Positions 50,391 to 64,000 of a stretch of 64,000 nt of DNA are shown here, piece by piece; within the stretch, counting starts at the first letter, position 1; each line of letters opens with the position of its first letter. Made by a program: the position numbers and the translations under genes. Origin of the DNA: Felis catus (Eukaryota). The notes beneath the pieces were generated by a model. It ran no database searches. It saw nothing but the letters and a program-made list of their open reading frames with translations, and was not told where the DNA came from. The DNA is taken from the NCBI RefSeq assembly GCF_018350175.1, contig NC_058383.1, forward strand, positions 28,956,001 through 29,020,000, written 5' to 3'.

Positions 50391-52138
50391 GAAAAGAGAT
50401 GCAGTTTTAACTGGATATTTATTTTATTTATTTATTTTTTAAAGTTTACTTACTTATTGTGAGAGAGGGAGTGAGCATTCGTACCATGTGGGAACGGGGG
50501 AGGGGCAGAGAGAGAGAGAGGGAGAGAGAAGGAATCCCAAGTAGGCTGTGCTCACATCACGGAGCCCCATTCAGGAGAGATCCCAACAACAAGGGGATCA
50601 TGACCTGAGCTGACATCAAGAGTCGGATGTTCAGTGACTGAGCCACCCAGGCGCCCCTGACTGGATATTTAAAGGAAAGGAGGTTAGGGTGTTTTGGAGT
50701 CTAGTGAAAGGAGGACAGAAATGCCTTTCCGTAATCCATCTTTCAGCGCCTCTGTCAGTGGGGGAATGTTTTGTGGGCAGAACTGCAAATATTGAGGCAT
50801 GGTAGACAGAAAAGAGGCTGTGGCCCAAGCCAGAAGACATTGGATCTTGGTTCAGAACAAGATAAAAAGGGAAGATGTGGAGGGAAAAGTTGCTTGTTCT
50901 AAATCACAGAGAAGCTGGAGATGGTGAAAATAACGTGCATGTACCCAAGTGTGTGTGTGTGCGCGCGCGTGTGTGTGTGTGTGTGTTTGTGTATGTGTGT
51001 GTGCACATTTATGTATGTGTGTGTGTATGGTAGGGGGTTAAGATTGCCATTTACATCTCATCACTTTTTAAGAAGAATCTGTTGTTGATAAAGATAAATA
51101 TAGTGTTTACTTCTTAGCATAAGGCTTACAAAATGAGTCAAGGAAAAATTGGAAGAAATAAAAAATGAAGACAGGATTCCTACAATATGAATAGAACACA
51201 GAAATCTGTGCTAAAGAAAGTCTCTGCGCTTCCTAGCAGCTAAGATAGGGGAAACACACAGTCGCTCCTGTGGTCCACAGGATCAGCACAAACCAGGGCT
51301 CGGAAGTAGAGCTTTGCTCAGGCTAGAGACCTCAGGACGTGCGCCTTTCATTATCGTATGGAAATCACGCATGTAGAAACCCTTGTCTTCAGCTGTAGCT
51401 TAGCGTGAACACCGTCACGAATGTAATGGGGCAGACACAGCGTCCCTCATCTGGCCTGATGGTGTCCTGTCACAGTACAGGTCAGGAAAGGTAGTTCTGT
51501 GAGGAACCAGATTAAAATGGCCCAGGCGTGTCGCCCTCTCATGTTCTGATGAGATATTAGAGTAGCTGTGGTCCTTTTTGTGGCTCTTCTGTTAGATCGA
51601 GTCCAGAGATTTGTGGTGTTTGCCATTCTTGTGTACCATGTGTGGTAATATCTATTTAATATTTTCACTGAAGTTTACTTCTGTATTGTTGCTCACTGCA
51701 TATTTGAGATGTGTTGGTTTAATAAGTCTTGTTACCAAGAACTTTTCTCTGTTTTAATCTCAAGTGTGAAGAATAAGTTATTAGAATCTACCTTGAGGTG
51801 GATATTGATGTGTTAGGATTTCTACATGTGAGCTACTTTAAACTTGAACTGAGTGGGGGGGGAGGGGTCAGATAATATCAATACATTTTTTTTCTTTTTA
51901 TAGTTTCCTACTCAGTACAGCGATCAGGAGTTTTCTGCTTCTTGGAAGGCTGTGATGTTTACCCAGTGTATTTTTCTTAAATATTGTGAAACAAAGGATA
52001 CTGTTTGTAAGCCATAAAGGAGAACAGCCCACCTAGTTTAAGTGAATGGATTATATGGCAGCCTTGGAGTAGAAATCTTAATTTTCTGACCTTTGACCTG
52101 CTCCTTCATTGCCTGGCTGCCTTTGTTTACTTGTCTGA

Positions 52139-52351
<213 letters not shown>

Positions 52352-54662
52352 TGAGACAGAATCTCAGGGTCCTGCCACACCATGTGCAGCCTTAGAGTTG
52401 TAGACAACTCTTTTATCATGCCTTTGAAAACCTTTAGCCTCGTCAGCCACGAACGGGGAGAGTAGACAGTACTTCGTTTTGCCCTAACGAGGCCATGCCA
52501 ACTCCTCATTTAATTTTATTTAAAAAAAAATTTTTTTTAGTTTATTATTATTTTTTTAAGTTTATTTTTGAGAGAGAGAGAGAGAGAGACCAAGTGCAAG
52601 TGTGGGGCGGAGGCAGAGACAGAGGGAAGCACAGAATCGGAAGCAGGCTCCGGGCTCTGAGCTGTCAGCACAGAGCCCGACGTGGGGCTCGAACTCACGA
52701 ACCGTGAGATCATGACCTGAGCCAAAGTTGGATTCTTAACTGACTGAGCCACTCAGGTGCCCCTGTTTATTTTTTTTGAGAGACAGAGAGAGTGAGCAGG
52801 GGAGAGACAGACAGGGAGAGAGAGAATCCCAAGCAGGCTCTGCCCTGGCAGCCTGGAGCCCGATGTAGGGCTTGAACCCATGAACCACGAGATCATTACC
52901 TGAGCCCAAGTCAGACGCCCCAGCAACCGAGACACCCCAGCACCCGATTCCCGATTTGATTGAGTAGAATTTATTTTCCTGCTGGTGTTGTGACTCAAGT
53001 GGCCTAACAGACCCACTGTGGAGAGCACAGTTTCCCCCATTTTCTTCCAGTGAGACAGGTGTTAGAGGACTTAAGAAAGGACCTGCATTCTAGTAAATGC
53101 TGTAATGAAAAACTCCCGTTCCAAGTGATGCTTGTTTATTATTCGGAGAGAGTTGCTTAGTTCCTCACACACGGCGCAGTCATGACAGCTCACCGGTCGT
53201 GTGACAGATGGGCAAACGTGCTTAGGAAAGGGACTGCGTCTTATACATTTCATGTCCCCAGGGCATAGCCCAAGTCGTCTTCTGTGTCAGGGAGGTGACC
53301 CTAATACTCGATGAGTGAATATTGGCCGTGAAAGTCCCTACCGGAGTTTTTCCCTTCCTTTTGTTCCTGAAAAGTGTTTAGGAAAGCCTCTGGTTTTCCT
53401 AGCGGTTTTCAGCACCTGCTGCTGTAAGGTCAGTGACTACTTTTACCTAATCTCATAAATTGTATTTTTTTCCATAGTGAACGCCCAATTATTGAGTGAG
53501 TTAAGGAGGGAGATTTTTTGTAATACAAGTGTTGGAACACATATTCAGAAACTTCTCTTCCCCTCACCAGGATCTCCTTGTGAGCCCTTCAGAACCCACA
53601 CCATAGTGTTTTTTAGTTGACTCAGTGGTGCTGCACCTTCACTTTTTTTTTTGTTTATTTTTGAGACAGAGAGAGTGAGCATGAGTGGGGCAAGGGCAGA
53701 GAGAGGGGACAGGGGATCCGAAGCGGGCTCTGCACTGACAGCAGAGAGCCCAAGGCGGGGCTTGAACTCACCAACAGTGAGATCATGACCTGAGCCGCAG
53801 TCGGATGCTTAACTGATTTAGCCACCTAGGTGCCCCTTAACTTTTATCGATTTTTTAAAATGTGTATTTAATTTTGACAGAGAGAGAGAGAGCATGAGCG
53901 GGGGAGGAGCAGAAAGAGAGGGAGACACATACTTGAAGCAGGCTTCAGGCTCTGACTTGTCAGCACAGAGCCCAACTTGGGGCTCGAACTCATAAACCAG
54001 GAGATCATGACCTGAGCCAATGTTGGATGCTTAACTGACTGAACCACCCAGACACCCCAATGTTTTTGACTTTTTGAAAAAAAAAAAAAAAAAAAAAAGA
54101 TTGTGGAGCCCAAAACGCTTAATGCAGTGAGTGAACCAGCTGGGCAGCACAGTTTGGGTATTCTAAAAATTTTTTTCCCTTTGGCTCAAACTTGACTCTG
54201 AAAGCTGTTATCAAATACAAGTTCCAAATGTAGTTAGAGCGCTCTATTGGAATAAGTGCAAAAATCTGTTGAAGGAACTGCTTTAACCAGTCTCCTGTGG
54301 ATGTATAATTTCCAGCCTGATGGTTTTATTTTCATAAAAGGAGAGAAACAGCCAAGTTGGAGTGTGTGCCTCATTCTCCTTGTTTTATAGTCAGACCTCG
54401 GAGTATTTTCGTCACAACTGAATCGGGACTCCCAGGACATCTGTCATTGCCAGACTCTTAGCCCCACACTGTGGCTGATACTCTTTCAATCTGTTCTCGA
54501 CCATCCCTTCTCTTCCTTACCAGTTTTTTGCACTCGGGCTCTGCAAATCCAGACCCTTTACTTCTGGCCGTCTTCTCAGAAGTGCCTTTGACTTCCTTGT
54601 GTGAAAGGGAATCAGGTGACTCTTGCTTCACTTCCCCTGCACCCTCTGGAGCATAGGTGGTT

Positions 54663-54709
<47 letters not shown>

Positions 54710-54719
54710 GGCAGGCGTC

Positions 54720-56935
54720 GGTGGGTGTCCTTGTTCTACCATGCCATGTGACAGCCACATGGATTCCCTCTTCCCAGGAGCCACGGGATGTGTCACGGGC
54801 TCTACGGCCCCTCTTTTTGCTGATTTCATGGGTGTGGCATTCACGACAGCCTTGGCTTCGGCTTTCTGTCTTCTCTCCACTCCTAACTCTCTCCTCATTA
54901 TGGGCGACATCACCACCCACGGGGATGACCAGCAAATGCCCTGTCCTGTCTGTTTCTCGACCAGTTGCTCAGCGGTCTTTGCTTCCAGCTCCCCTTAGCC
55001 ATCTCTGCCCTTGGGAGCACCATGGGTCTCATCACCAGTAACTGAACGCACCTCCAGCCTTTCTTTCTGTGACAGCACTACCTCTTGTCCTTCTCAAGTA
55101 CTCAGTCTCATCACTGGTGGTGTTACCTTTTTTTTTTAATTGTGGAAAAATGCGCATAGGATTTACCATCTTAACCATTTTTAAGTATTCAGTTCAGTGC
55201 TAGTAAGTACATTAACGTCGTGCAACTGATGGTGTTATTAATGTTGATCGCCTTTTCCGCCAATTAGTTTTAGCATTCACCGATGATTCTTGCATGGAAT
55301 GATTAGTATTACTGATAAATGGTGATTTTTCTAATTCTATCATCAAAAAAGTTCATTACTGTCCCGTGGCTTTTAATGCCACCCGTATTCTGATGATACC
55401 TAAATTTATATCTCATTACCTTTCTCCTGAGCATTAGGCTTATATCCACAGCCCTTAATTCATAGACACCCTTAGCTGATTTATGTATTCAGATGGTAGG
55501 TTTTGATTTTCATGTCTTGGGCCCCAAAGCTATTCTTTGCCCAGGGTTCCCTACCTCTATAAGTACACCTGCCGTCTTCCCAGCTTCTTACACCTAACAA
55601 CTAGGTAGCGTTCGATTCTCCTCTTCCCTTTGTCCCTCCCTTCCAGTATATCAGTAGGTTATATCTCTCCTATCTCTGTATTCATTTTCTCTGTCTCTAG
55701 TCTAAGCTGGGTCACAAACCAAGACCCACAGCCCATTTTGCAAATAAAGTCCTATTGTAAATAAAACTATGCCCATTCATTTACCTGTCATGTGTGGCCA
55801 TTTTCATGTTACAAGAGCAGAGTTGATTGGTTCCAACAGAGATTCCCCATGTGGCCCACAAGCCTAAAACATATACTTTACGCTTTAAGAGAAAGGTTGC
55901 TGACCTCTGATGTAAGCAGTTATCTCTTGCCTGGATAATTGCTTTTAACTGGCTTCCCTACTTCAGTCTTCATGGGAGTCGAAATGATCTCTTTAAAAAA
56001 CAAACAGATAATGTAATTGTCTTGCTTAAAACCTTCTAATGGCATTCTGTTGCTCTTCAAATAAAACAAGTTCTTTTTTTTCAATTTAAAAAATAAAAAA
56101 AAAAATTTTTTTTTAATCATTTTAATTTATTTTTGAGAGACAGAGAGAGACCGAGTGTGAGCGGGAGAGGGGCAGAGAGAGAGAGAGGGAGACACAGAAT
56201 CCAAAGCAGGCTCCAGGTTCTGAGCTGATAGCACAGAGCCTGATGCAGGGCTCAGACTCACCAACTGCGAGGTCATGACTCGAGCCGAAGTCGGACGCTC
56301 AACAGACTGAGCCACCCAGGCGCCCCTTTAATTTTTTTTAATGTTTATTTATTTTTGAGAGAGAAAGAGAGTGAACAGGGGAGGAGAAAGAGAGACTGAG
56401 ACAGAGTCCAAAGCAGGCTCCAGGCTCTGAGCTGTCAGCACAGAGCCCTGTGCGGGGCTCGAACTCACAAAACTGTGAGATCATAACCTGAGCCAAAGTC
56501 CGACACTTAACTGACTGAGCCACCCAGGCGCCCCCAATGCCCCTGAATAAAACAAACTCATGTCACGACCTGTAAAGGCCTGCGCAGTCTCACACCACCG
56601 TCTCCATGCTGACATTGTGCCATTCTCCTGTTCCCTGTGTTCCGGTCACGCCAGCTTCCTTGCTGTTTCTGGAGTTGTCCACACCATTCGATCCTTTGGG
56701 CGTTGATTGTTTTTCCCCAGCCTGAAATACTCTTCTCCTGGCTCCTTGCTGGCCTGACTCCTTCTCACCCTTTCGGTCTTCGCTCTCAGTGGCCTTCTCT
56801 GATCCTCCTGTCGAAAGTCCTTCCCTTCACTATGGAGCAGAAGGTGTCTGCTTTGTTCCCTGTTAGATCCCTTGGGCCCACTGCAGTACCTGGCCCGGTG
56901 TAAGTGCCAAAGAAACATTTGTTGAAAGAAGAATG
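54720..56935 (+). mobile_element. Fragmented L2 LINE (endonuclease relic plus 3' end), interrupted by MER58A and SINEs
   Basis: LLIMGDITTHGDD resembles the APE GDFN motif; L2-type 3' end at ~56880-56935; boundaries approximate. Confidence 0.55.
55707..55909 (+). mobile_element. MER58A-like hAT-Charlie MITE
   Basis: ttttgcaaataaagt...gcccattcatttac...gcagagttga...tggcccacaagcctaaaa...ttgctgacctctg matches the recalled MER58A pattern. Confidence 0.7.
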
Positions 56936-57039
56936 CATGGTGCAGAAGCAAAGACCAGTGTATTTCAAAATCATTTGTCTTTTCTGTTGATTTTTTTGGG
57001 ATATAGTTAAATATGGTAAGTCTTGCCTGAGCATTTTAG

Positions 57040-57309
<270 letters not shown>

Positions 57310-58406
57310 TAAGTTCCCGGACTAGAAGAACACGTCACGCAGATATGTTGGGGCAGGACTGACGTCTGTATCTCAGGCTTCTGCTGCACGAACACTGCAC
57401 ACACGGGTGTGATATCGTGAAGGGCAGGATTCCACTGGGTCATGTCTGAATTTGTGCAATCACAGCACATTGTAAAATAGAATTCTGTGTGCTGTACTTA
57501 GACTTGTAGCGTGTCACCCGGCAAGAGACTATCTCAGTAAGTGGGCAGACCTCCCAGTTGGGTCGAGTAGGCATGGATCAAGGGCCTGATAGGCACTGTC
57601 CAGTTTCCCCGAAGGCAGAGGAATGAAACAGGCCTATCCAGATATTTACAACATATCCACATTTTTTAAAATTAAAAAATAAGTTTATTTATTTATTTTG
57701 AGACAGAGAACCTGGTTAGGGAAGGGGCAGAGAGAGAGGGAGAAAGAATCCCAGACAGCCTGTGGGCCAATAGCAAACGGTGAGATTGTGACCTGAGCCA
57801 AAATCAAGAGTCGGATCCTTAACTGACTGAGCCATCCGGAGCCCCTCGTTTTGTTTCTTTGAATGAAGTTTCTGACAAGTACGCGTGCCATTGGAGGAGT
57901 GTCTGGTTTCACTGGGTTTTCAGTATAACTGCCTTACGAGGAAAGTAAAAATTAATCACTTGATTTTATTGGAGTATAGTTGACATGTTGTTACATTAGT
58001 TTCAGGTGTACAAGGTAGTGATTTGACGGGTTTATATATTATGCTGTGTTCGCCCCGAGTGTAGCTACCATCTGTCCCATTATATCACTGTTATACCATC
58101 ATTGATGGTATTCTTTTTGTTCTCTTTTTATTGCTGCGACTTACTCATTCCATAAGTGGAGGTCTGTATCTCCCTCTCCCCTTGACCCGTTTTGCTCAAC
58201 CCTCCACCCTCCTCCCCTAGAAAAGTAAAAATTTAAGTTCCTTGTATCAATGAATCCTTGAGAAGTTGTCACAAACTCATGAATAACGACAACGAAAAGA
58301 ATACGTCCAAATAAAGTATTTTTCTTTAAGGGTAACCAGGTATAACTCTAAGTATAACTTACAACTTATAACCTGATTGGGTAGAGTTACATTGTCCTGG
58401 GTTCTT

Positions 58407-58642
58407 TTTTTTTTTTTTTTTTTAATAATTTTTTTTTCCCAACGTTTATTTATTTTTGGGACAGAGAGAGACAGAGCATGAACGGGGGAGGAGCAGAGAG
58501 AGAGAGAGACACAGAATCGGAAACAGGCTCCAGGCTCTGAGCCATCAGCCCAGAGCCTGACGCGGGGCTCGAACTCCCGGACGGCGAGATCGTGACCTGG
58601 CTGAAGTCGGACGCTTAACCGACTGTGCCACCCAGGCGCCCC
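58407..58642 (-). mobile_element. Young SINEC_Fc-like CAN-SINE with a 14-bp TSD
   Basis: TSD TGTCCTGGGTTCTT at 58393-58406 and 58643-58656. Confidence 0.95.
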
Positions 58643-58750
58643 TGTCCTGGGTTCTTATATTTAAATTGCTTCAGAGTATGATTAATCTGTTGGTTGGTTG
58701 CTTCATTCCTGAAAGGTACTGATGGCGATGTTTTCATTTTAACTCCTCAG

Positions 58751-58816
58751 AGAGAAAATTGAAGATTTATTACAAAGTGAAGAAAACAAGAACTTGGATT
58801 TAGAGCCATGTACTGG
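58751..58816 (+). CDS. PARN: PARN exon 8: EKIEDLLQSEENKNLDLEPCT(G) (R3H domain region)
   Basis: Acceptor cctcag|, donor GG|gtaagt; 66 nt. Confidence 0.96.
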
Positions 58817-59550
58817 GTAAGTTGCCCTAAATATTTTCACATGTTCTTTTTTTGGAGAGTGGATGATTTCTGGCATGTGCTCTATTTTGGGTTTTTAAAC
58901 CCACATTCATAAACGGCCTTTTTATTATAGGTATGTTCCCAAGATGTAAGCTCTAACTTTAGCATTAACACATTGGGGACACTGGTATATTGTGACACTG
59001 AGTGAACAGTTTGTCCTGTCCTGGAGGGGAGAAACCCCTTGTTGCATCATTGACTTTACGTTATGCTCCAGCTATGCTCTAGCGTGGCATAGCTACTTGA
59101 GCCTCGAGGGGTGCTTAATACATAAAGGCTTCAAAGAAAAGAATTCGCCGTCGGGCTATGTCTGTCCTTTTAATTTCTCTCTGCAGTAGAAAACATCAGT
59201 GTTTCAAAGAGTCAGTGGCTCAGATAATTTGTGCCTAGCTTCACAAAAGTGTTTCAGTGTGTGTGTCTAGTTTAAACTCCTTGTACAGCCGCAGGCAGTA
59301 ACACTGGGGTTGGAGAAGAACTTCTCCCTCTTCGACCCATGCGATACAATAATATTAAAGAACATTCTGATGAGGACAGATGGTAGGAGATCCTGCCACT
59401 CAAACATCCTGCCGGGTTTTGTTTGTGTGAGACCTGTCGCTTCTCGTGGAGTCGCTTTGAAAAATTAAATGTCTTTCCTAACCAGTGCTTGATCAGTTAG
59501 GATTTTCTTTTAATGAGCCCCAATCAGTACCTTCTCTTTTGTTTTTATAG

Positions 59551-59589
59551 GTTCCAAAGAAAACTAATTTATCAGACTTTGAGCTGGAA
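59551..59589 (+). CDS. PARN: PARN exon 9: FQRKLIYQTLSW(K)
   Basis: Acceptor tttatag|, donor AA|gtaagt; 39 nt. Confidence 0.95.
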
Positions 59590-60912
59590 GTAAGTGTTTA
59601 TATTCTATGTGAGAGCTCTGTGAGGGACCCAGGATTGAAAACTAAGTATTATGTCTTAGCTCTCTTTTCACTTCTGAGATTCTTGGTGATCTGACCATAC
59701 CATGTTCTTGGGCAGTGCTGTATTGAACTTCCCCTTACTTCTTAAGTTCCTTGAATACCCACTGATTTTCTTTGTTGTTATTTCGTAGCGGATGCTTTTA
59801 AACCTTTTAAATTTCCTTTCAGTTGTCACTTTGCTGATAGGTTCATTAAGTTCCGGATGTATAGTGTTTTGTTCTTTGAAGGTTAAATGATAAAGATTGG
59901 GTGTTAAGATCTAGGAAATAACTCAGGTGAATGCTCTTTCTCAGGCAGGGGTTAGACCATGGGTACATTTTAGGCAGTCTGTGAACCCCCTGAAGTAATA
60001 TCCAAAATTGCGTGCCTGTATTTCTCCGGTGCTGTATCCGTTTGTTTCACTGTATTTTCGAGCAGACCTCTAACCCCAAATTGAATATCGTTGTTGAGCA
60101 GGGGGAAGTTTGCATTCGACTTTATTTGGGCCTCTTGTTCTTCCATTAGAATCTACCAGTGATGTATGTGCCTGGAGTTTACTTTGAGCAAAACTGGAGA
60201 AGGGCCACTGTCCTCTGACTAGGCTCCTGGCCTGTCATGTTGTCCTTTCAGTGGACTCCATGGGGGTTCCAGATCCCTCTCCTTGGCTAATGCACGCGCT
60301 GGTGCCAGACTATAGTAGAGTTACTCTTCTCAAACCTCCTCTGTGTATGCCCCATACCATTTAAAACAACCTTCACAATTTCACTTAGGAAGTAAACGTT
60401 ATTGCATTTGGGAGCAAGATGCCTGTGTCCCAAAACGTTAATTTGAAATCAGATACACTCTGCATTTTTTTTTTTTTTTTTTTTTTTAGTTTTTATTTTT
60501 TTTAATGTTTATTTTTGAGAGAGAAAGAAAGAGCATGAGTGGGGAAGGGACAGAGAGAGAGGGAGACAGAGGATCCAAAGCAGGCTCTGTGCTGACAGCA
60601 GAGAGCCTGACGCGGGTCTTGAACTCACGTCAACCATGAGATGATGATCTGCATCGAAATCACGTTGGACACCCAACTGGCTGAGCCACCCAGGCGCCCC
60701 TACACTCCTGCATTCTTAAAGCAGACATAGGGAAACATTCAGTAGCTGAAATATTATGGAATAGGTTTACTATAAAGTCTTTGTTGTAGTAGTATTTATT
60801 TTATATTTAATAAAACTTCTTAACATAGCTGTCAAGTTGCTTTTTAAAACACCTAGGGTTTTAGCTGTCATTGGCTCATCTAGTGATGTCCTCTTGTCTC
60901 TCTCTTCTTTAG

Positions 60913-60955
60913 GTATCCCAAAGGCATTCACGTTGAGACTTTAGAAACTGAAAAG
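60913..60955 (+). CDS. PARN: PARN exon 10: YPKGIHVETLETEK
   Basis: Acceptor ctttag|, donor AAG|gtaacc; 43 nt. Confidence 0.95.
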
Positions 60956-61714
60956 GTAACCCCAAGAACTGTCCAGGGCCAAACATATACAATGATACAA
61001 TGACGTGCTGAGAGTCAGAATTGACTCCTGGCTCTGCTTCCTGTGAGCTGGGTGACCTTGGGCAAGTCACTTCACTTCTCTAAGCCTCGTCTTCCTCCTT
61101 TGTACCCTGGAGATGAGCATGGGGATGGTGATCTGTGCCTGTTTTGATCACAGCTGTTTTGTGGTGATCAAGCAGGTCAAGGGATGTGAACATGATTTGT
61201 AAACTTGAAAGTATGCACATGTTACTTTGTTAGTATGTTAGTATGTGTTCTTGTTATGGCAGAAAGCTGTAGTGATCTGCATGAAAAACTGGCTTCCTGT
61301 TACGTGGGCACGGGAAATGAAATTCTAGAATCTGGGGCATAAGTGTGAGCATTGCGAATACATTCAGGCATGTGTTCCCAAGGTGCGCTGATGGAACCGT
61401 GATGGGTAATGGGAGGCTGAGGGCGGGTTCCTTTAGCAAAATTTTAGAATTTTAGAATTTTGTTGTTGGTCTTTTTTTTTTTTTTTTTCCACTCTCTGTT
61501 GTTGCTCTTGAGTCAGATGTCAAATGAGAGATGAAGTAAATTAAAAAAAAATCTTGCTTGAAGATAAATCTCAAACTTTGACATAGAATGTGGTGTGCTT
61601 ACTTGATTCAAAACAGAATATATGAGAAAGAAGGGACTAGTTTTCTGACAAGTTACCTGGAAATCCAGGATATGTTTCAAATGCGATACAGACATTTTAT
61701 TTTTCATTGAAAAA

Positions 61715-62117
61715 AAATTTAAATTGTAGTTAACATACAGTGCAATATTGGTTTCAGGAGTAGGATTCAGTGATTTATCACTTACATACAACACCCAGCG
61801 CTCATCATGACAGGTGCCCTCAGTCCCCATCCCTCATCTAGCCCAACCCCCACCCACCGCCCAGAATCAACCCTGTTTGTTCTCTTTCGTTCAGTCTCTT
61901 GTGATTTGCTTCCCTCTCTCCCCCCAACTTTTCCCCCCTTCCCCTATGTTCATCTGTTTTGTTTCTTAAATTCCACATCTGAATGAAATCATATGGTATT
62001 TATCTTTCTCTGATGCACTTATTCAGCTTAGCATAATAAGCTCTAGCTCCATCCACGTCATTGCAAATGGCAAGATTTCATTCTTTTTGATGGCCAAGTA
62101 ATAGTCCGTTGGTGTGT

Positions 62118-62159
<42 letters not shown>

Positions 62160-63165
62160 ACTTGCGCGTGCACACATGCCTATACACACTACCACTTCAT
62201 CTTTCTCCATTCATCGGTATGGATATTTGGGTTTGGGTTCTCTCCATAGTTTGCATAGTTTGGCTATTGTTGATAACACTGCTGTAAACAGTGGGGTGCC
62301 GGTGCCCCTTCGAATCAGCATTTTTGTGTCCTTTGGGTATCTAATAGTGCAATTGCTGGATTGTTGGGTAGTTCTATTTTTAGAAGTAACTCCATACCCT
62401 TCTCCAGAGTGGCTGCACCAGTTTGCATTCCCACTAACAGTGCAAGAGGGTTCCCCTTTCTCCACTTCTGCGCCAACACCTGGGTTTTGTGTTGTTAATT
62501 TTAGCTATTCTGACAGGTGTGAGGTGGTATCTCACTGTGGTTTTGATTTGTATCCCTGATGATGAGTGAGGTTGAGCATTTTTTCATGTGTCTGTTAGCC
62601 ATCTGGATGTCTTTGGAGAAGTGTCTGTTCATGTCTTCTGCCCATTTCGTCACTGAGTTATTTGTTTTTTGGGTATTGAGTTTGATAAATTCTTTATAGA
62701 TTTTGGATACTAACGCTTTATCACATATGTCATTTGCAGATGTCTTCTCCCATTCCGTTGGTTGCCTTTTAGTTTTATAGATTGTGTCTTTCGCCATGCA
62801 GAAGTTTTTTATTTTGATCAAGTCCCAATAGTTCATTTTTGCTTTTGTTTCCCTGGCCTCTGATGATGTGTCTATTAAGAAGCTGCTTCAGGGAGCCTGG
62901 GTGGCTCAGTTGGTTGGGCGTCTGACTTCAGCTCAGGTCATGATCTCACGGTTCATGGGATTGAGTCCCGCATCAGGCTCTGTGCTGACACCTCGGAGCC
63001 TGGAGCCTGCTTCTGATTCTGTGTCTTCCTGTCTCTCTCTCTCTCTCTGCTGTTCCCCTGCTCACACTCTATGTCAGTCTCCGTCTCGAAAAATAAATAA
63101 ACATTAAAAAAACTAAAAAAAAAAAAAAGTTGCTTCAGCCAAGGTCAAAGAGGTTGTTGCCTGTG
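61715..63165 (-). mobile_element. Carnivore L1 3' fragment (ORF2 C-terminus plus 3' UTR) with a (CA)n tract and a SINE inserted at ~62890-63128
   Basis: ORF 62501-62836 reads [30 protein letters not shown]...[13 protein letters not shown], which is L1 ORF2; SINE TSD aagctgcttca/aagttgcttca. Confidence 0.9.
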
Positions 63166-63316
63166 TTAGAAATTTTATTTTAAAACTGACTATTTAGAAA
63201 TTCACGTTCACATGCAGTGTAACTCCTTAGTGTTAGTTGTGGAAAGTGTCTTATTCTCACGGTCTATTGACACTTCTTTAAAAAAAATTTTTTTTTTATT
63301 AAGTTTATTTATTTAT

Positions 63317-63353
<37 letters not shown>

Positions 63354-63710
63354 ACAAGCAGGGGAGGGGCAGAGAGAGGGAGAGACAGAATCCCAAGCAG
63401 GCTCCACACCATCAGCGCAGAGCCCGATGCGGGGCCTGAACCCATGAACTGCGAGATCATGACCTGGGCCAAGATCAGGAGTCAGACGCTCAACTGACTA
63501 TGCCACCCAGGCGCCCCTCATAGTCTACTGATACTTCTGATGTCGGTGGGGCTGAGTTAATAAACTGCAGGAGGATGTCATTTCGGCGCAGAGGCAGAAT
63601 CTTGGTTTGTAATGCATCAACTCAGTTTTCGGCGGTGTTTCAAAATGCTTTCAGGGTATTTAGCCCATGAAAGGCTGTGTGGTGATAAAACATATAACTT
63701 CAAATGGTAG

Positions 63711-63956
<246 letters not shown>

Positions 63957-64000
63957 TAATGAATAGTTTCCTATCACGGCAGAATTGAACTGGCAGAAAA

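Noticed and set aside
60913..60920. GTATCCCA as a U12-type donor
   Set aside because: It is the coding start of PARN exon 10 (K-Y-P), directly after the acceptor.
62501..62836. 111-aa ORF as a cellular gene
   Set aside because: It is an L1 ORF2 fragment, and the surrounding element is frameshifted and SINE-interrupted.

Overview
This window is eukaryotic, mammalian genomic DNA from a carnivore, most likely a felid. It is dense in tRNA-derived CAN-SINEs, including young SINEC_Fc-like copies. It covers the PLA2G10-BFAR-PARN block: the last coding exon of PLA2G10 (+), the complete BFAR gene (- strand; a non-coding exon 1 plus 7 coding exons that splice to 1353 nt, 450 aa + stop), and PARN exons 1-11 (+; 783 coding nt, 261 aa, continuing beyond the window). 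BFAR and PARN lie head-to-head on two CpG-rich promoters about 3.8 kb apart. All splice junctions were read by hand and are GT-AG with consistent phases. The rest is SINE, L1, L2, MIR, LTR and DNA-transposon relics plus microsatellites; repeat family names come from recalled consensus motifs, not from a search. I see no new gene family or prokaryote-style system. The most notable observations are: (1) an ~1.24 kb inversion in PARN intron 5, supported by two flipped target-site-duplication pairs and a split MER47/Tigger element; (2) a 21-codon uORF in frame with, and ending 3 nt before, the BFAR start codon; (3) inverted SINEs flanking BFAR exon 2, whose back-spliced circle would encode a 126-aa RING-only protein; (4) a promoter-like motif cluster inside BFAR intron 1.
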